The notes beneath the pieces were generated by a model. The model made no database searches. It saw only the letters and a list, made by a program, of their open reading frames with translations, and was not told the DNA's origin. Positions 31,627 to 42,275 of a stretch of 64,000 nucleotides of DNA are shown here, piece by piece. Made by a program: the position numbers and the translations under genes. Where the stretch lies: assembly GCA_963662795.1 (NCBI GenBank), contig OY759746.1, positions 2,080,001 to 2,144,000 on the forward strand, given 5' to 3'. The stretch comes from Spirochaetia bacterium (GTDB lineage Bacteria; Spirochaetota; Spirochaetia; CADAEX01). The stretch's first letter is position 1. Every line of letters starts with the position of its first letter.

Positions 31627-33801
31627 ATGAGTACTTTAATTATTGATTTATCTCAATTTCCAGAAAGATTCAAAGAAAATAGTAGAAAAATTACAATCAC
31701 CAATAATGTTAATTTTATCTTTGGTAAAAATGGGACAGGAAAGACTACTATTTCAAATGTGATTTCAGATAATTTCTCAAGCAAATATGATATACATGTT
31801 TTTAATGGATTTGATGGAGTCGTTGGCGAGAATTATAGATTAGATGCAGTTTCATTAGGAACGATAAATGCAACAATTCAAAATGAAATTAATACAATTA
31901 CTGAAGAAATAAAAGTGATTTCAAGTAATATTGAAAAACCAATAGATAAAAAAGAAAACCTATTTACGAAATATGAGAAATCAAGAAATGTTTGTGATAA
32001 GCAAAAAAAAGAGCTTGAAGATTTCTATACCAATTCCGCGAGAGAAATTAAAAATAAGAAATGTGAAAACATTAATATAGCTGTCACTTCGTATAATAAA
32101 GACAAACTTAAGAATGAAATTAATTTAGCAAAAGGACTCACCTCTAGTGAAGAAACAGAATATAGAGCTACGATAAAGGCCGAAGAAAAAAAAGAACCAG
32201 AAAATGTTAAATTCCCTGTAATTAATTTAAATGAAATACTTGAGAATACAAATAGTATTCTCAGAAAATATGTGTCGAGCCAGCAAATAATTGAAGAGAT
32301 AGATAATAATATTGATAAACAAAACTTTGCAAAAGAAGGGATGAGAATCCATAGCCGAGATTCTGCAGAAAAATGTGCATTTTGTGGAAATATTATTGAT
32401 GAGAATAGATGGAAACTTCTTGGTAATTATTTTAATGATGAAGTAAAGAAATATGAAAAAGAGATAGATGATTATATCAATCTAATGAATCAGAAGTTAT
32501 TAAAAATCACTGATCTTAAAGAAACAAATCCAGATCATTTTTATGTAAGTTTTCAAAATCAAATTAATAAAATAAATACCCAGATTCGAGATTTAAAAGA
32601 AAAATACAAAGACTTCATTACTTTAATGGTTCAAAATCTAAAAGAAAAAAAGAAAAATCTTTTTAGTACTGATAAAGAAATATCATATATTATTCCAAGT
32701 GATTTTTCTGAAATACAAACTAATTATGATGATATTCTAAGAGAAAATAACACTTTTTCAAAACAACTCAGTGAAGAACAAGAAAAAGCAAGAACTGCCT
32801 TACGTTTATTCGAAATAAAAAAACTATCAGACGAATTTAAATATACTGAAAAACTAATTAAATATAATCATTCTTTAGAGTTAGAAGATAAAGCTAGAGA
32901 TAATTTGAATTCTGAAAAAGAATTATTAGAATCAAAAAAGAATAAGGTCAATGAGTTGTTATTGCAAACTAAGGATGAGCGTATAATCGCTGAACGTATT
33001 AATAAAAAATTACGAAATATGGGAGTTTCATCATTTTCTCTTGAATTAGTCGTAGATGATGACAAAGATCAAAAGGGGCAATATAAAATCAAAGGCTATA
33101 ATGGCAATATTCGTTCAATAATTGAACTTAGTAAAGGCGAGAAAAATATAATAGCTTTTTTATACTTTATTCTTTCTCTTGAAGAACTCAAGACAGAGGA
33201 AAAACCAAAAATAATAGTATTAGATGATCCAATGACTAGCAATGATGATACGATGCAATATCTTATGATTGGAGAAGCCCAAAGACTTTATCATGGAATA
33301 TCTGGGGAGAACTTCTTTATTAATCTAACTCATAATTGTCATTTTTATCTCAATATAAGGCCCAATACAACTCGTAAATATAAAATTAATGGTGATGATG
33401 TTAGTTATTATGAAAAATATGGCAATTATCATCTTTATTCTGATGGAAAACAAACGACATTTTATAAAATCATGAAAGGGAAAAAGGATTTCAAGACAAA
33501 CTATGAAATGTTATGGATTGAATTACAATTCCTTTATGATTCTAATGAACCAAATCTTATGCTTAATGTTTGTAGGAAAATATGTGAAACATATATGTCA
33601 TTTACAAAGCTAGGTATAGAACATTTTTATGGTGAGAATACAAATGCTAAAAAATTATTTGATGTAAATCAACATTCTATTGATGATATGGATGCAGAAC
33701 AGAATGGAAGAACAAAGGAAGAAATACGTGATATTTTAAAAGTATTATTTGAACAAAATAATGCACTTCAGCATTTTGAGAATTATTTTCATAGTGTTTA
33801 A
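31627..33801 (+). CDS. RloC-like AAA_13 ABC ATPase (zinc hook, putative C-terminal HEPN/anticodon nuclease)
   Basis: GKNGTGKT, central CAFC hook, LSKGEK, VLDDPMTS, LTHN, NVCRKICE...NQHS. Confidence 0.78.
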   Translation: MSTLIIDLSQFPERFKENSRKITITNNVNFIFGKNGTGKTTISNVISDNFSSKYDIHVFNGFDGVVGENYRLDAVSLGTINATIQNEINTITEEIKVISSNIEKPIDKKENLFTKYEKSRNVCDKQKKELEDFYTNSAREIKNKKCENINIAVTSYNKDKLKNEINLAKGLTSSEETEYRATIKAEEKKEPENVKFPVINLNEILENTNSILRKYVSSQQIIEEIDNNIDKQNFAKEGMRIHSRDSAEKCAFCGNIIDENRWKLLGNYFNDEVKKYEKEIDDYINLMNQKLLKITDLKETNPDHFYVSFQNQINKINTQIRDLKEKYKDFITLMVQNLKEKKKNLFSTDKEISYIIPSDFSEIQTNYDDILRENNTFSKQLSEEQEKARTALRLFEIKKLSDEFKYTEKLIKYNHSLELEDKARDNLNSEKELLESKKNKVNELLLQTKDERIIAERINKKLRNMGVSSFSLELVVDDDKDQKGQYKIKGYNGNIRSIIELSKGEKNIIAFLYFILSLEELKTEEKPKIIVLDDPMTSNDDTMQYLMIGEAQRLYHGISGENFFINLTHNCHFYLNIRPNTTRKYKINGDDVSYYEKYGNYHLYSDGKQTTFYKIMKGKKDFKTNYEMLWIELQFLYDSNEPNLMLNVCRKICETYMSFTKLGIEHFYGENTNAKKLFDVNQHSIDDMDAEQNGRTKEEIRDILKVLFEQNNALQHFENYFHSV

Positions 33802-33824
33802 ATACGATTATAAAACAAGATGAA

Positions 33825-33900
33825 ACATAACAATCATTTGGAGTTGACGCCTTCTCGGCGCTGCGCTTCTACGATGGCGCAACTCAAATGGGCGTTATAA
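33825..33900 (+). repeat. Inner canonical attC (76 bp)
   Basis: ACATAAC-AATCAT-TTGGAGTTG...CAACTCAA-ATGGGC-GTTATAA; TGAAACATAAC is the exact reverse complement of GTTATGTTTCA at 31593. Confidence 0.88.
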
Positions 33901-33970
33901 AAAATAGAAACGGGAGAAGTCCGGCCTTGGCGTTGCCGTGCGGCCTTGGACAAGAAGCGATGATACTGGT

Positions 33971-34142
33971 GGATAACAGAGGATACTGCGCTACGCTCGG
34001 AGTACCTCGCTTGGCCTACGGCATATTTTGCTATCATCAAAAATGAATAGTAAAAGTTAAACTTTTTTCAAAATTAACAAAGTAGACATAAATGTTTTAG
34101 AGTATGAACCGCAAAACATCGCGTATCCTCAGGACGTTATCC
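33971..34142 (+). repeat. Outer attC-like site 19, family B
   Basis: GGATAAC...GTTATCC; unit ~33919-34195. Confidence 0.88.
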
Positions 34143-34256
34143 ACAATATCATCGCAAGATGACACCGCCCGGACCTCCGGCCAACGGGCGAAGAGTAGAA
34201 AAAGACATAATGGTTAACCAATTAAACCGATACATTCAAAGAAAGCAGAGGAATAT

Positions 34257-34604
34257 ATGAAAAAAGAAATTGTTAAAACACAAAAAGGAGAAATAACAGT
34301 TTACAGCGATATTGAAGTACCAATATCAGATGCATCAGATTTTCTTGATCTGCTTGCAAATACAAATACTAAAACAATATCACTGGATAAAGAATATTTA
34401 GATAATAGATTTTATGAATTAAGCTCTGGTCTAGCAGGAGAAATACTTCAGAAAGTATCAAATTATAGAAGAAGCGTGATAATTATAGGAGATTTTATCA
34501 ATATCAATAAAAAGAGTTTAAAAGACTTTATATATGAAAGCAATAAAACAGGGCAGGTTGTATTTGCCAAAGACTTGGAAGAAGGAATCATTTTGCTGAA
34601 GTAA
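34257..34604 (+). CDS. DUF4180-like protein (copy 2)
   Basis: One aa difference from 14281..14628. Confidence 0.82.
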   Translation: MKKEIVKTQKGEITVYSDIEVPISDASDFLDLLANTNTKTISLDKEYLDNRFYELSSGLAGEILQKVSNYRRSVIIIGDFININKKSLKDFIYESNKTGQVVFAKDLEEGIILLK

Positions 34605-35036
34605 TTGGAAAAAAGAGGAAAGATTTTGAAGAAAGATTTAATAGCTGCATGTGGAATTAATTGCTCATTATGTACAGGCTATCAAAGAGAAAAGAATAAA
34701 TGCGAAGGTTGCAGGAGTGTTGGCAATAAACCAAAGAATTGCTTGAATTGCATAGTAGTAAATTGTAACAAGAGAGAAGGGAAGGAAGATTTTTGCTTTT
34801 CATGCGATACTTATCCATGCCAGAAAATTAAAAGGCTTGCAAATCGTTATAGTATGCGGTATGGAGTAGATATTTATAAAAATCTTGAAAGAATTAAAGC
34901 CAAAGGAATAAAGGTATTTGTTGAAGAAGAAAATGAAAAATGGAAATGTATAAAGTGCAAAGCTTTATTATGTATGCATAGCAAAAATTGTTTAAAATGT
35001 GGTGAAGTAAATCCATATTATATTGGAACTTTATAA
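34605..35036 (+). CDS. DUF3795-like protein (copy 2)
   Basis: Two aa differences from 14629..15060. Confidence 0.8.
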   Translation: MEKRGKILKKDLIAACGINCSLCTGYQREKNKCEGCRSVGNKPKNCLNCIVVNCNKREGKEDFCFSCDTYPCQKIKRLANRYSMRYGVDIYKNLERIKAKGIKVFVEEENEKWKCIKCKALLCMHSKNCLKCGEVNPYYIGTL

Positions 35037-35060
35037 TAGGTCTTTAAAAAGGATAAAGTA

Positions 35061-35471
35061 ATGATTTACCATATAGTACCGGAAAAAGAGTATTTGAAAT
35101 TAGCTGCAAAAGAGAAATATATCCCAAATAATTTCAATGATTTCGGATTTGTACATTGTGCTTTTAAAGTTTCGGTTTTATCAGTTGCAGATGACTATTA
35201 TTCAAAAGTAAAGGATAAGCTTATTCTTTTGAAAATAAACCCTGAGAAATTAAAGTCAGATGTAAAATATGAGGAAGCAACTCCGGAAGAAGGTTTAGGT
35301 AAAGAGCATTTAAATACTTCAAATGTTTTTCCACACGTATATGGGCCAGTAGATAATGATGCAGTTGAAGGAGTAGGCGAATTGGGGAAGAAAGAGGGAA
35401 AATATAGCTGGCCAGTTAAATTCATTCCTTTTGCAGAATATTTGGAAACAAATAAGAAGATAAAAGATTAG
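35061..35471 (+). CDS. DUF952-like protein (copy 2)
   Basis: Protein identical to 15085..15495. Confidence 0.82.
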   Translation: MIYHIVPEKEYLKLAAKEKYIPNNFNDFGFVHCAFKVSVLSVADDYYSKVKDKLILLKINPEKLKSDVKYEEATPEEGLGKEHLNTSNVFPHVYGPVDNDAVEGVGELGKKEGKYSWPVKFIPFAEYLETNKKIKD

Positions 35472-35521
35472 TCCGGCCTTGGCATTGCCGTGCGGCCTGG
35501 ACAAGAAGCGATGATACTGGT

Positions 35522-35693
35522 GGATAACAGCGGTTCAAGCGCTGCGCTCGGAGTACCTCGCTTGGGCTTCGCCACATTTTACTTTTATTTAATCCAGGAA
35601 ACATCTATTTTATAGTTTTCAAGTTTAGCAATACGTTTAAATGGGTTTTTAAGTTTTTACCGTAAAACGTCGCTTAACCGCAGGACGTTATCC
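35522..35693 (+). repeat. Outer attC-like site 20, family D
   Basis: GGATAAC-AGCGGTTCAAGC...GCTTAACCGCAGGAC-GTTATCC; unit ~35471-35738. Confidence 0.88.
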
Positions 35694-35781
35694 ACAATGC
35701 CCCGCCAAGAGAAGCGCGTGCCGTCCTGGCACGCAAGAATATAGAAAACAATTATTAAAAATGTAAGAAAGAGGAATTAAA

Positions 35782-36273
35782 ATGAAAACATTAAATGACT
35801 ATATAGAAGAATATAAGGATCAACTTGAAAAAGGCGATATACAAAAAGCCTATAGATCAATCATGGATTTCATGATGAGTCTAAGAATATATTTTGAAAA
35901 AAAATATAGTGAATATTATATTTCCGGAAGTATTTATTATGGGTATATGGATATGACATATTTTTCATTCACTCCGGAAGTATTAAAAGAAAAAAAGTTA
36001 AAAATAGCAATTGTTTTTATCCATGAGAGTGTAAGTTTTGAAGTCTGGCTTTCAGGATATAATAAAAGTATTCAGGATAAATACTGGAAGTATTTTAAAG
36101 AAAAGAAATTGAAAAAATACCATGTACCAGAAGATATAAAAGGAAAGGATTCTATAGTTGAATATAAAATAAAAGAAAAAGCTGATTTTAATGATTTAAA
36201 CAAGTTAACAAGTAAAATAGAGAAAGAAATACTTTTATTTATTGAAGATATAACAGCTTATCTTGAAAATTAG
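35782..36273 (+). CDS. Conserved hypothetical protein
   Basis: RBS GAGG; motif YYGYMDMTYFSFTP...FEVWLSG. Confidence 0.75.
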   Translation: MKTLNDYIEEYKDQLEKGDIQKAYRSIMDFMMSLRIYFEKKYSEYYISGSIYYGYMDMTYFSFTPEVLKEKKLKIAIVFIHESVSFEVWLSGYNKSIQDKYWKYFKEKKLKKYHVPEDIKGKDSIVEYKIKEKADFNDLNKLTSKIEKEILLFIEDITAYLEN

Positions 36274-36340
36274 AAATGTTTAAAGAAAACTTGATTTATA
36301 GTATAAACATAGTATATACTATAAATAGAGGTTAATTTAT

Positions 36341-36577
36341 ATGGAAACTGTTATAAAAAAATGGGGAAATAGCCTGGGAATAAGAATCCCAAGCCTTATA
36401 GCTAAGGATTTATCTCTTAAAGAAGGATCTTTTGTTGAAATTGAAGATGAGAGAGGAAGGATAGTAATAAAACCCAAGAAAAAGAATGATTTGAAGGAAA
36501 TGCTTAAAAATATCAGTGATAATAACCTCCATGGCGAATTTGAAACAGAAAGTCCTGTAGGAAATGAGGCATGGTAA
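36341..36577 (+). CDS. mazE: MazE/AbrB antitoxin
   Basis: KKWGNSLGIRIP...VGNEAW. Confidence 0.93.
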   Translation: METVIKKWGNSLGIRIPSLIAKDLSLKEGSFVEIEDERGRIVIKPKKKNDLKEMLKNISDNNLHGEFETESPVGNEAW

Positions 36578-36915
36578 AGAAAGATTATGTACCAGAAAGG
36601 GGTGATATAATCTGGTTAAACTTTACCCCGCAATCAGGACACGAGCAGATGGGAAAAAGACCAGCGATAGTAATATCTCCTAAAGAATACAATGAAAAGG
36701 TAGGACTTGGAATATTTTGTCCCATAACCAGTAAAGAGAAAGGCTATCCATTTGAGGTGAAGATAAAAAGTAAGAAAATAGATGGAGTAGTATTATCAGA
36801 TCAGGTAAAAAGTCTTGACTGGAAGACTAGAGATGCAGAGTTTATAGTAAAAGCGAGTAAAGAAGAGATCAAAGAAGTAATAGATAAGATAAGTGTTTTA
36901 ATACTTGAAGAATAG
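36571..36915 (+). CDS. mazF: MazF/PemK endoribonuclease toxin
   Basis: PERGDIIWLNFTPQSGHEQMGKRPA...CPITS..KGYPFEV...DQVKSLDW. Confidence 0.95.
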   Translation: MVKKDYVPERGDIIWLNFTPQSGHEQMGKRPAIVISPKEYNEKVGLGIFCPITSKEKGYPFEVKIKSKKIDGVVLSDQVKSLDWKTRDAEFIVKASKEEIKEVIDKISVLILEE

Positions 36916-36970
36916 GAAAAGGAGAATCAAGCTGCCGTCCATGGCAGCTTGATTAAGGCGGGGCACTGGT

Positions 36971-37140
36971 GGATAACAGAGGATAATGCGCTTCGCTCCC
37001 TTTGGTCGCTTGGGCTTCGCCACACATCGTAGGTTTTGAACAACAACTTTTTGAAACTACACTTTTGAAAGAAAAATAATACAACTGTTAGAAAATTATA
37101 CTTGTTCGACGATGCGTCGCTTATCCTCGGGACGTTAGCA
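36971..37140 (+). repeat. Outer attC-like site 21, family B
   Basis: GGATAAC...GTTAGCA; unit ~36925-37192. Confidence 0.88.
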
Positions 37141-37257
37141 GCAATACGTCCCCAAGAGGACACCACCCGGACCTCCGGCCAACGGGCGAGGATAGGTGGT
37201 AAGAATATTTTATCTAAAAACAATTGAAATTAAATAAAATTATTAATGGTAGCAACT

Positions 37258-37969
37258 ATGAAAATATTAACATGGAATTGTAATATGGCATTTCGAAGAA
37301 AGTATGAAATCTTACTAGATTTACAACCGGATATTGCAGTTATACAAGAATGTGAAAATAATAGTATTTTAGATAAAATTAAAAATGAAATAAATTATTC
37401 AGATATATTATGATATGGGGAAAATAAAAGTAAAGGATTATGTATTCTGACTTTTAATAAATACTACATAAAAAATAATTTTCAAAATGAAGAATTTCAA
37501 TATATCCTTCCAGTCAGAATTGAAAATAAAACATCTTCAATAATTTTATTAGCAGTATGGACACAATTTGTAAATAGAAATATTTATAAAAGTTATGTAG
37601 TCCAAGCTACAAGAGCATTTCTATATTATAAAAAATTATTAGAAGAGGAAAATATTTTTATAATTGGAGATTTTAACAGTAATTCTATCTGGGATAATGA
37701 ATCTCCTAAAGAATACACACACTCTCAAATGGTAGATTTTTTAAAACAACAGGACATTGTAAGTGTTTATCATTATTTAAAAAAAGAAAATCACGGAAAT
37801 GAGAATACCCACATTATTTTTTCAAAAAAATATAAAAAAGACATATCATATTGACTATTGCTTTTGTAAAATATCAAAAATGAATAGAATTAAAGAATTC
37901 AAAATTGGGAAATACAATGATTATATTGCGAAAAGTGATCATATGCCTTTGTTTATTGAGATAGAATAA
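37258..37969 (+). pseudogene. Endonuclease/exonuclease/phosphatase (EEP) family gene with nonsense and frameshift lesions (absent from ORF track)
   Basis: MKILTWNCN...IQEC, in-frame TGA 37411-37413, IGDFNSN, then shifted-frame YHIDYCF...SDHMPL. Confidence 0.82.
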
Positions 37970-37979
37970 AAATTAAATA

Positions 37980-38014
37980 TTGACAATTCTTATAAAGTAC
38001 AATATATTGTACAA
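37980..38014 (+). promoter_or_regulatory. Promoter/operator of yefM-yoeB
   Basis: TTGACA followed by palindrome GTACAATATATTGTAC over the -10. Confidence 0.7.
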
Positions 38015-38028
38015 TAAGGAGAAAAACA

Positions 38029-38286
38029 ATGGATGCAGTATCATATTCGGATTTAAGACAAAATCTGAAATCCTATTTAGACAGGGTTTTCCATGATCAT
38101 GATCCAATGATCATAACAAGAAAAAATAATGAAAACCTCGTATTGCTTTCAATTTCAGAATATAATAGCCTTATCGAAACAAGCTACTTATTAAGTAATG
38201 AGTCTAATGCGATGCATCTTAAAAAATCAATTGATCAGCTGAATTCAGGAAAAGTAGAAGAAAAGGTATTATTGGCAGATGAATAA
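38029..38286 (+). CDS. yefM: Phd/YefM antitoxin
   Basis: SYSDLRQNLKSYLD.V..DHDPMIITR...YNSLIETSYLL. Confidence 0.93.
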   Translation: MDAVSYSDLRQNLKSYLDRVFHDHDPMIITRKNNENLVLLSISEYNSLIETSYLLSNESNAMHLKKSIDQLNSGKVEEKVLLADE

Positions 38287-38539
38287 GCTGTTCACTGATG
38301 AGGCATGGAAAGACTATTTATATTGGTTTGAAAATGATAAGAAGCAGTTAAAAAAAATTAATGATCTTATAAAAGCAATTGAAAGATCTCCATTTGATGG
38401 ATTAGGTAAACCGGAATCATTAAAATTTAATCTTAAAGGTTTTTGGTCAAGAAGAATTGATCATGAGCATAGAATAGTGTATCAGGTAGAAGGTACACAG
38501 CTTAGAATAGTATCTTTAAGATATCATTACGAAAAATAA
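38279..38539 (+). CDS. yoeB: Txe/YoeB toxin
   Basis: AWKDYLYW...GLGKPESLK...WSRRIDHEHRIVY...RYHY. Confidence 0.95.
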   Translation: MNKLFTDEAWKDYLYWFENDKKQLKKINDLIKAIERSPFDGLGKPESLKFNLKGFWSRRIDHEHRIVYQVEGTQLRIVSLRYHYEK

Positions 38540-38643
38540 AAAACAGTTAAAATAATTTTAAGGAAAACAATAAAGGTGGAGAGAATAGAAGAAGTCCGGC
38601 CTTGGCGTTGCCGTGCGGCCTGGACAAGAAGGGGACGTACAGC

Positions 38644-38835
38644 TGCTAACAGCGATTATTTCGCTGCACTCCCTGTGGTCGCTTGGGCTCCTGCCAGTTG
38701 AGCTGGCAGATCGCCATATTTTGTTTTCATAAAACCGGAACAACATGTGCTTTGTGCTCTTCAAGTTTGTAAAAACCAAATAAAAGTATTTTAGAGTTTA
38801 GTCACAAAACATCGAATAATCGCGAGACGTTATCC
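38644..38835 (+). repeat. Outer attC-like site 22, family A
   Basis: TGCTAAC...GTTATCC; unit ~38594-38887. Confidence 0.9.
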
Positions 38836-38924
38836 ACAATGCCCCCACAAGATGCGATCGCCCGGACCTCCGGCCGACGGGCGAGGATATACAGTATAAA
38901 TAATATATGTTAGCTTGATGTTTC

Positions 38925-39245
38925 GTGCAGGAGAAAAAAATGAAGAATCGAAAGATATTTATCAGTATGTTAATCAGCATTTTAATATGCACCTTATTAG
39001 TTTTAAAGTATCTAATTCAAGTAACTTTATTTCTTTTCCCTTTATGCTCAGCAGTATTTGGTATCGGACAGGAAGCATGTTCTGTTGGAATTATTGGTGG
39101 TGCAGATGGGCCGACAACAGTGTTTTTATCATCACCATATAGATATATATTTCTTATGCCAGCCCTTGAGTTTCTTGGAATAATTTTCATTTTGATTACA
39201 TTATTACAATGTCATAGTAAATTTAAAAAAAATGTCCCTGAATAG
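38925..39245 (+). CDS. Small membrane protein carrying a GIIGGADGPT motif (start may be 38940)
   Basis: Hydrophobic segments flanking SVGIIGGADGPTTVFL. Confidence 0.7.
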   Translation: MQEKKMKNRKIFISMLISILICTLLVLKYLIQVTLFLFPLCSAVFGIGQEACSVGIIGGADGPTTVFLSSPYRYIFLMPALEFLGIIFILITLLQCHSKFKKNVPE

Positions 39246-39442
39246 TTTTCAGTTCATCAGTAGAATATTGCTAGTATGGTATGAATAGAATATGGATAGC
39301 CATTGAAAGAAAGTCATTTTTATAAAAATGGGGATGATATAATGAAAAAGGTATTATTTGCTATTGTATTTACTTTTTGTCTTTTTGCAGTGCATGGAGA
39401 TAGTAAAATAATGGATATTGAGAATATTCCGATACAAGTTAA

Positions 39443-40472
39443 TGTGCACAGAAATTCCTAGCGCAAATTGGCAATAGCTTCTTTAGGTGTTATGAAGTCA
39501 AGAGTTTTTCTTGGCCTCTCATTCAATAGCCTTGCTACTCGTGATACATCATACTGCGAAAGCTTTCTGAAATCATCTACTTCATCAAGCATATCACGAA
39601 TCAAGCCATTTGTGTTTTCACATGTTCCCTTTTCCCAGGGAGATGCCGGATGGCAAAAGTATACATCAATATTAAGATTTTCTTTGAGTTTTTTGAACTC
39701 ACTGTTCTCTTTACCCTGATCAAGAGTCAGAGATTTTCTTAGAAGAGGAGATATCTTCTTAAACCTTTTCTCTATTGTTTTTCTTACTGTATTTGCATCA
39801 TATGTTTTTAACAGATCAAGCTGGATAAACCTAGTTTTACGTTCAACTATTACGCAGATTGCTGATTTATGGTCCTTTCCAATGAGAAGATCTCCTTCCC
39901 AGTGTCCTGGAACTTTCCGTGAGTTAATTTCAGCAGGCCTTTCGTCTATAAGGGTAATATCTTTTAATTTACCCCGTTTTTCGTCCTTATTTGCACTCTT
40001 TCTTTTCTTTCCTTTGAGTCTTAAATCTTTAAGCGCTAGTTTTTTAAGCTCTCCCCTCATGTGGAAATGGACATAGTTATAAATTGTTTTATCACTCACT
40101 TTATCTGAAGGATAATTTATTTCCAGCCATTTGGCAATTTGCTGTGGGGACCACCGGAGTTGGAGTTTGGGTTTTATAAGCTGCCATGACTTGTTGTCTA
40201 TTTTTAATTTGGGGCTCTGATTTTTTCTTTGCCTTAAATGCTCATACTCTGCAATTAAAGGATTGTAATATCCTTCATCAGTACCGCGTTTTATTTCTCT
40301 TGTAATACTTGAAGCTCTTCGGCCAAGATTACTTGCTATTTGTGATAGCTTTAATCTTTTGGTGTAAATCATCTGAAAAATGGCCATTCTTTCATTGAGA
40401 TTCATTCTTTTGTAACTCACTTAAAACTCCTGTCACAATATTAGTTTATTGCGCTAGGAATTTCTGGCCGTC
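39443..40472 (-). mobile_element. IS30 family element copy 2, 3-bp target duplication TAA
   Basis: Near-identical inverted copy of 21917-22946. Confidence 0.9.
39458..40420 (-). CDS. IS30 family transposase
   Basis: Protein identical to 21969..22931. Confidence 0.95.
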   Translation of the reverse strand: MSYKRMNLNERMAIFQMIYTKRLKLSQIASNLGRRASSITREIKRGTDEGYYNPLIAEYEHLRQRKNQSPKLKIDNKSWQLIKPKLQLRWSPQQIAKWLEINYPSDKVSDKTIYNYVHFHMRGELKKLALKDLRLKGKKRKSANKDEKRGKLKDITLIDERPAEINSRKVPGHWEGDLLIGKDHKSAICVIVERKTRFIQLDLLKTYDANTVRKTIEKRFKKISPLLRKSLTLDQGKENSEFKKLKENLNIDVYFCHPASPWEKGTCENTNGLIRDMLDEVDDFRKLSQYDVSRVARLLNERPRKTLDFITPKEAIANLR

Positions 40473-40853
40473 TAATGATATATTTTCAGGACAAGGATTT
40501 ACATTGAAATTAGATAACAATAGATATTTCGTATTACGAGAATATTATGGTTCTGGAGTCGATGTTGCCTGTAGAATTTTGTACGATGTTAATCTTGTTT
40601 CAGATTATCAAATAGATTTTGATAAAATCAATCATATGTCAAGTAAGCAGAATGTTGAAGATGATAAATTTATTTTACGGATAGAAAATGATGAGGTGGA
40701 ACTTTTCATTAATGGTTTACAGATTGAAATTGTAAATAAAATTGAATTAGTAAATACCCTAAAATGTATAAATAAATCTTACTAATAAACACTGGTAAGG
40801 AAGTCCGGCCTTGGCTCCGCCGTACGGCTAGGACAAGAAGTGGGGGCACTGGT

Positions 40854-41024
40854 GGATAACAGAGGATAATGCGCTTCGCTCCCTTTGGTCGCTTGGGCTT
40901 TGCCACACATCGTAGGTTTTAAACTACACCTTCTATAAAAAACAAGTTGTAGAAGAGAAATATTGCAACTTCTAAATATTCATTCTTGGTCTACGATGCG
41001 TCGCTTATCCTCGGGACGTTATGC
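40854..41024 (+). repeat. Outer attC-like site 23, family B
   Basis: GGATAAC...GTTATGC; unit ~40803-41077. Confidence 0.88.
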
Positions 41025-41156
41025 TCAATACCAGCCGCAAGAAGAGATCGCCCGGACCTCCGGCCAACGGGCGAAGATGAAGAATAATAAATAAGAATTA
41101 TATTGATTCAAATTAGTACAATATTATAGCATTAGATATATAATTAACGAGGGTCA

Positions 41157-41822
41157 ATGAACAAAATAACAGAAGATAAAATTATTGATAAAATCAAAAA
41201 ATTATTAGCCTTAAGTGAATCACCTAATGAAGAAGAGGCAGCTTCGGCTCTGATTAAAGTTAAAATGCTTTTAATAAAATATGGATTAGAACTTGAAGAT
41301 ATAGATCAAAATAAAAGTAAAATAATAGAAAAAAGTGTTTTAAAAAAAGAAAAAATTGCAGAATGGCAGGTTTCTTTAATTTCATGCATAACAAAAATAA
41401 CATTCACTGAAGCATTATTACAATCTGGAAAGGAAAAAGAAAAAATAATAATAATTGGAAAAAAAGTAAATGTAATAACAGCAAAAAATCTTTTTGAATA
41501 TTTGAATACAGCAATTGTAAAAACAAGTAAAAAATACAGAATTGTTGTTAACGATCTAGATAGTTTTAGAATGGGAATGATAGATAAAATAAAGGAAAGG
41601 TTGTATCAGAATTCTATAAATGATATTTCCCCCTATGAAAAGAAAATAGTTGTTAAAATCATGGAAGAAACAGTGAAAGAAAATGAAGAATATAGAAACA
41701 ATAAATATGGGAGAATGAATAATAGAATAGCAGATAAGGGCGTTGATCCTAATTCATACGGTCTTGGAAAAATAGTTGGAAATAAAATATCATTGGATAA
41801 ACAAATATCAAATGATCAATGA
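41157..41822 (+). CDS. DUF2786-domain protein
   Basis: KIIDKIKKLLALSESPNEEEAASAL.K...L.KYGL. Confidence 0.82.
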   Translation: MNKITEDKIIDKIKKLLALSESPNEEEAASALIKVKMLLIKYGLELEDIDQNKSKIIEKSVLKKEKIAEWQVSLISCITKITFTEALLQSGKEKEKIIIIGKKVNVITAKNLFEYLNTAIVKTSKKYRIVVNDLDSFRMGMIDKIKERLYQNSINDISPYEKKIVVKIMEETVKENEEYRNNKYGRMNNRIADKGVDPNSYGLGKIVGNKISLDKQISNDQ

Positions 41823-41889
41823 TTTAAGAAAAAAGAAGTCCGGCCTTGGCGTTGCCGTGCGGCCTGGACAAGAAGCGGCTGGTACTGGA

Positions 41890-42060
41890 GCATAACAGAG
41901 GATAATGCGCTACGCTCCCTATGGTCGCTTGGGCTTCGCCACACATCGTAGGTTTTGAACTACAACTTCTATAAACAATTAGTTTTGGAAGAAAAATATT
42001 GCAACTTTTAGATATTAATACTTTGGCTACAATGCGTCGCTTATCCTCAGGACGTTATTT
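41890..42060 (+). repeat. Outer attC-like site 24, family B
   Basis: GCATAAC...GTTATTT; unit ~41838-42113. Confidence 0.88.
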
Positions 42061-42275
42061 GCAATACCTTCGCGAAGAGAAAATCGCCCGGGCCCCTGGC
42101 CGACGGGCGAGGATTTGCAGTAAAATATGTTTTAGGCGGATGCTTTTGACGTGCAAGAACAGATATTATCTAAATAAATACATAAAAGTCTTCTGATAGT
42201 TTGATGTGTTACTTGTTGAAATAAACCAAAAAATGAACTATATTTGATAAATAATGGTTCATTTAGGAGTTTTAT

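Larger units (their letters stand above)
39342..40785 (+). pseudogene. Hypothetical exported protein interrupted by IS30
   Basis: MKKVLFAIVF...PIQVN joins DIFSGQGFTLKLDNN... in frame after IS removal. Confidence 0.78.
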
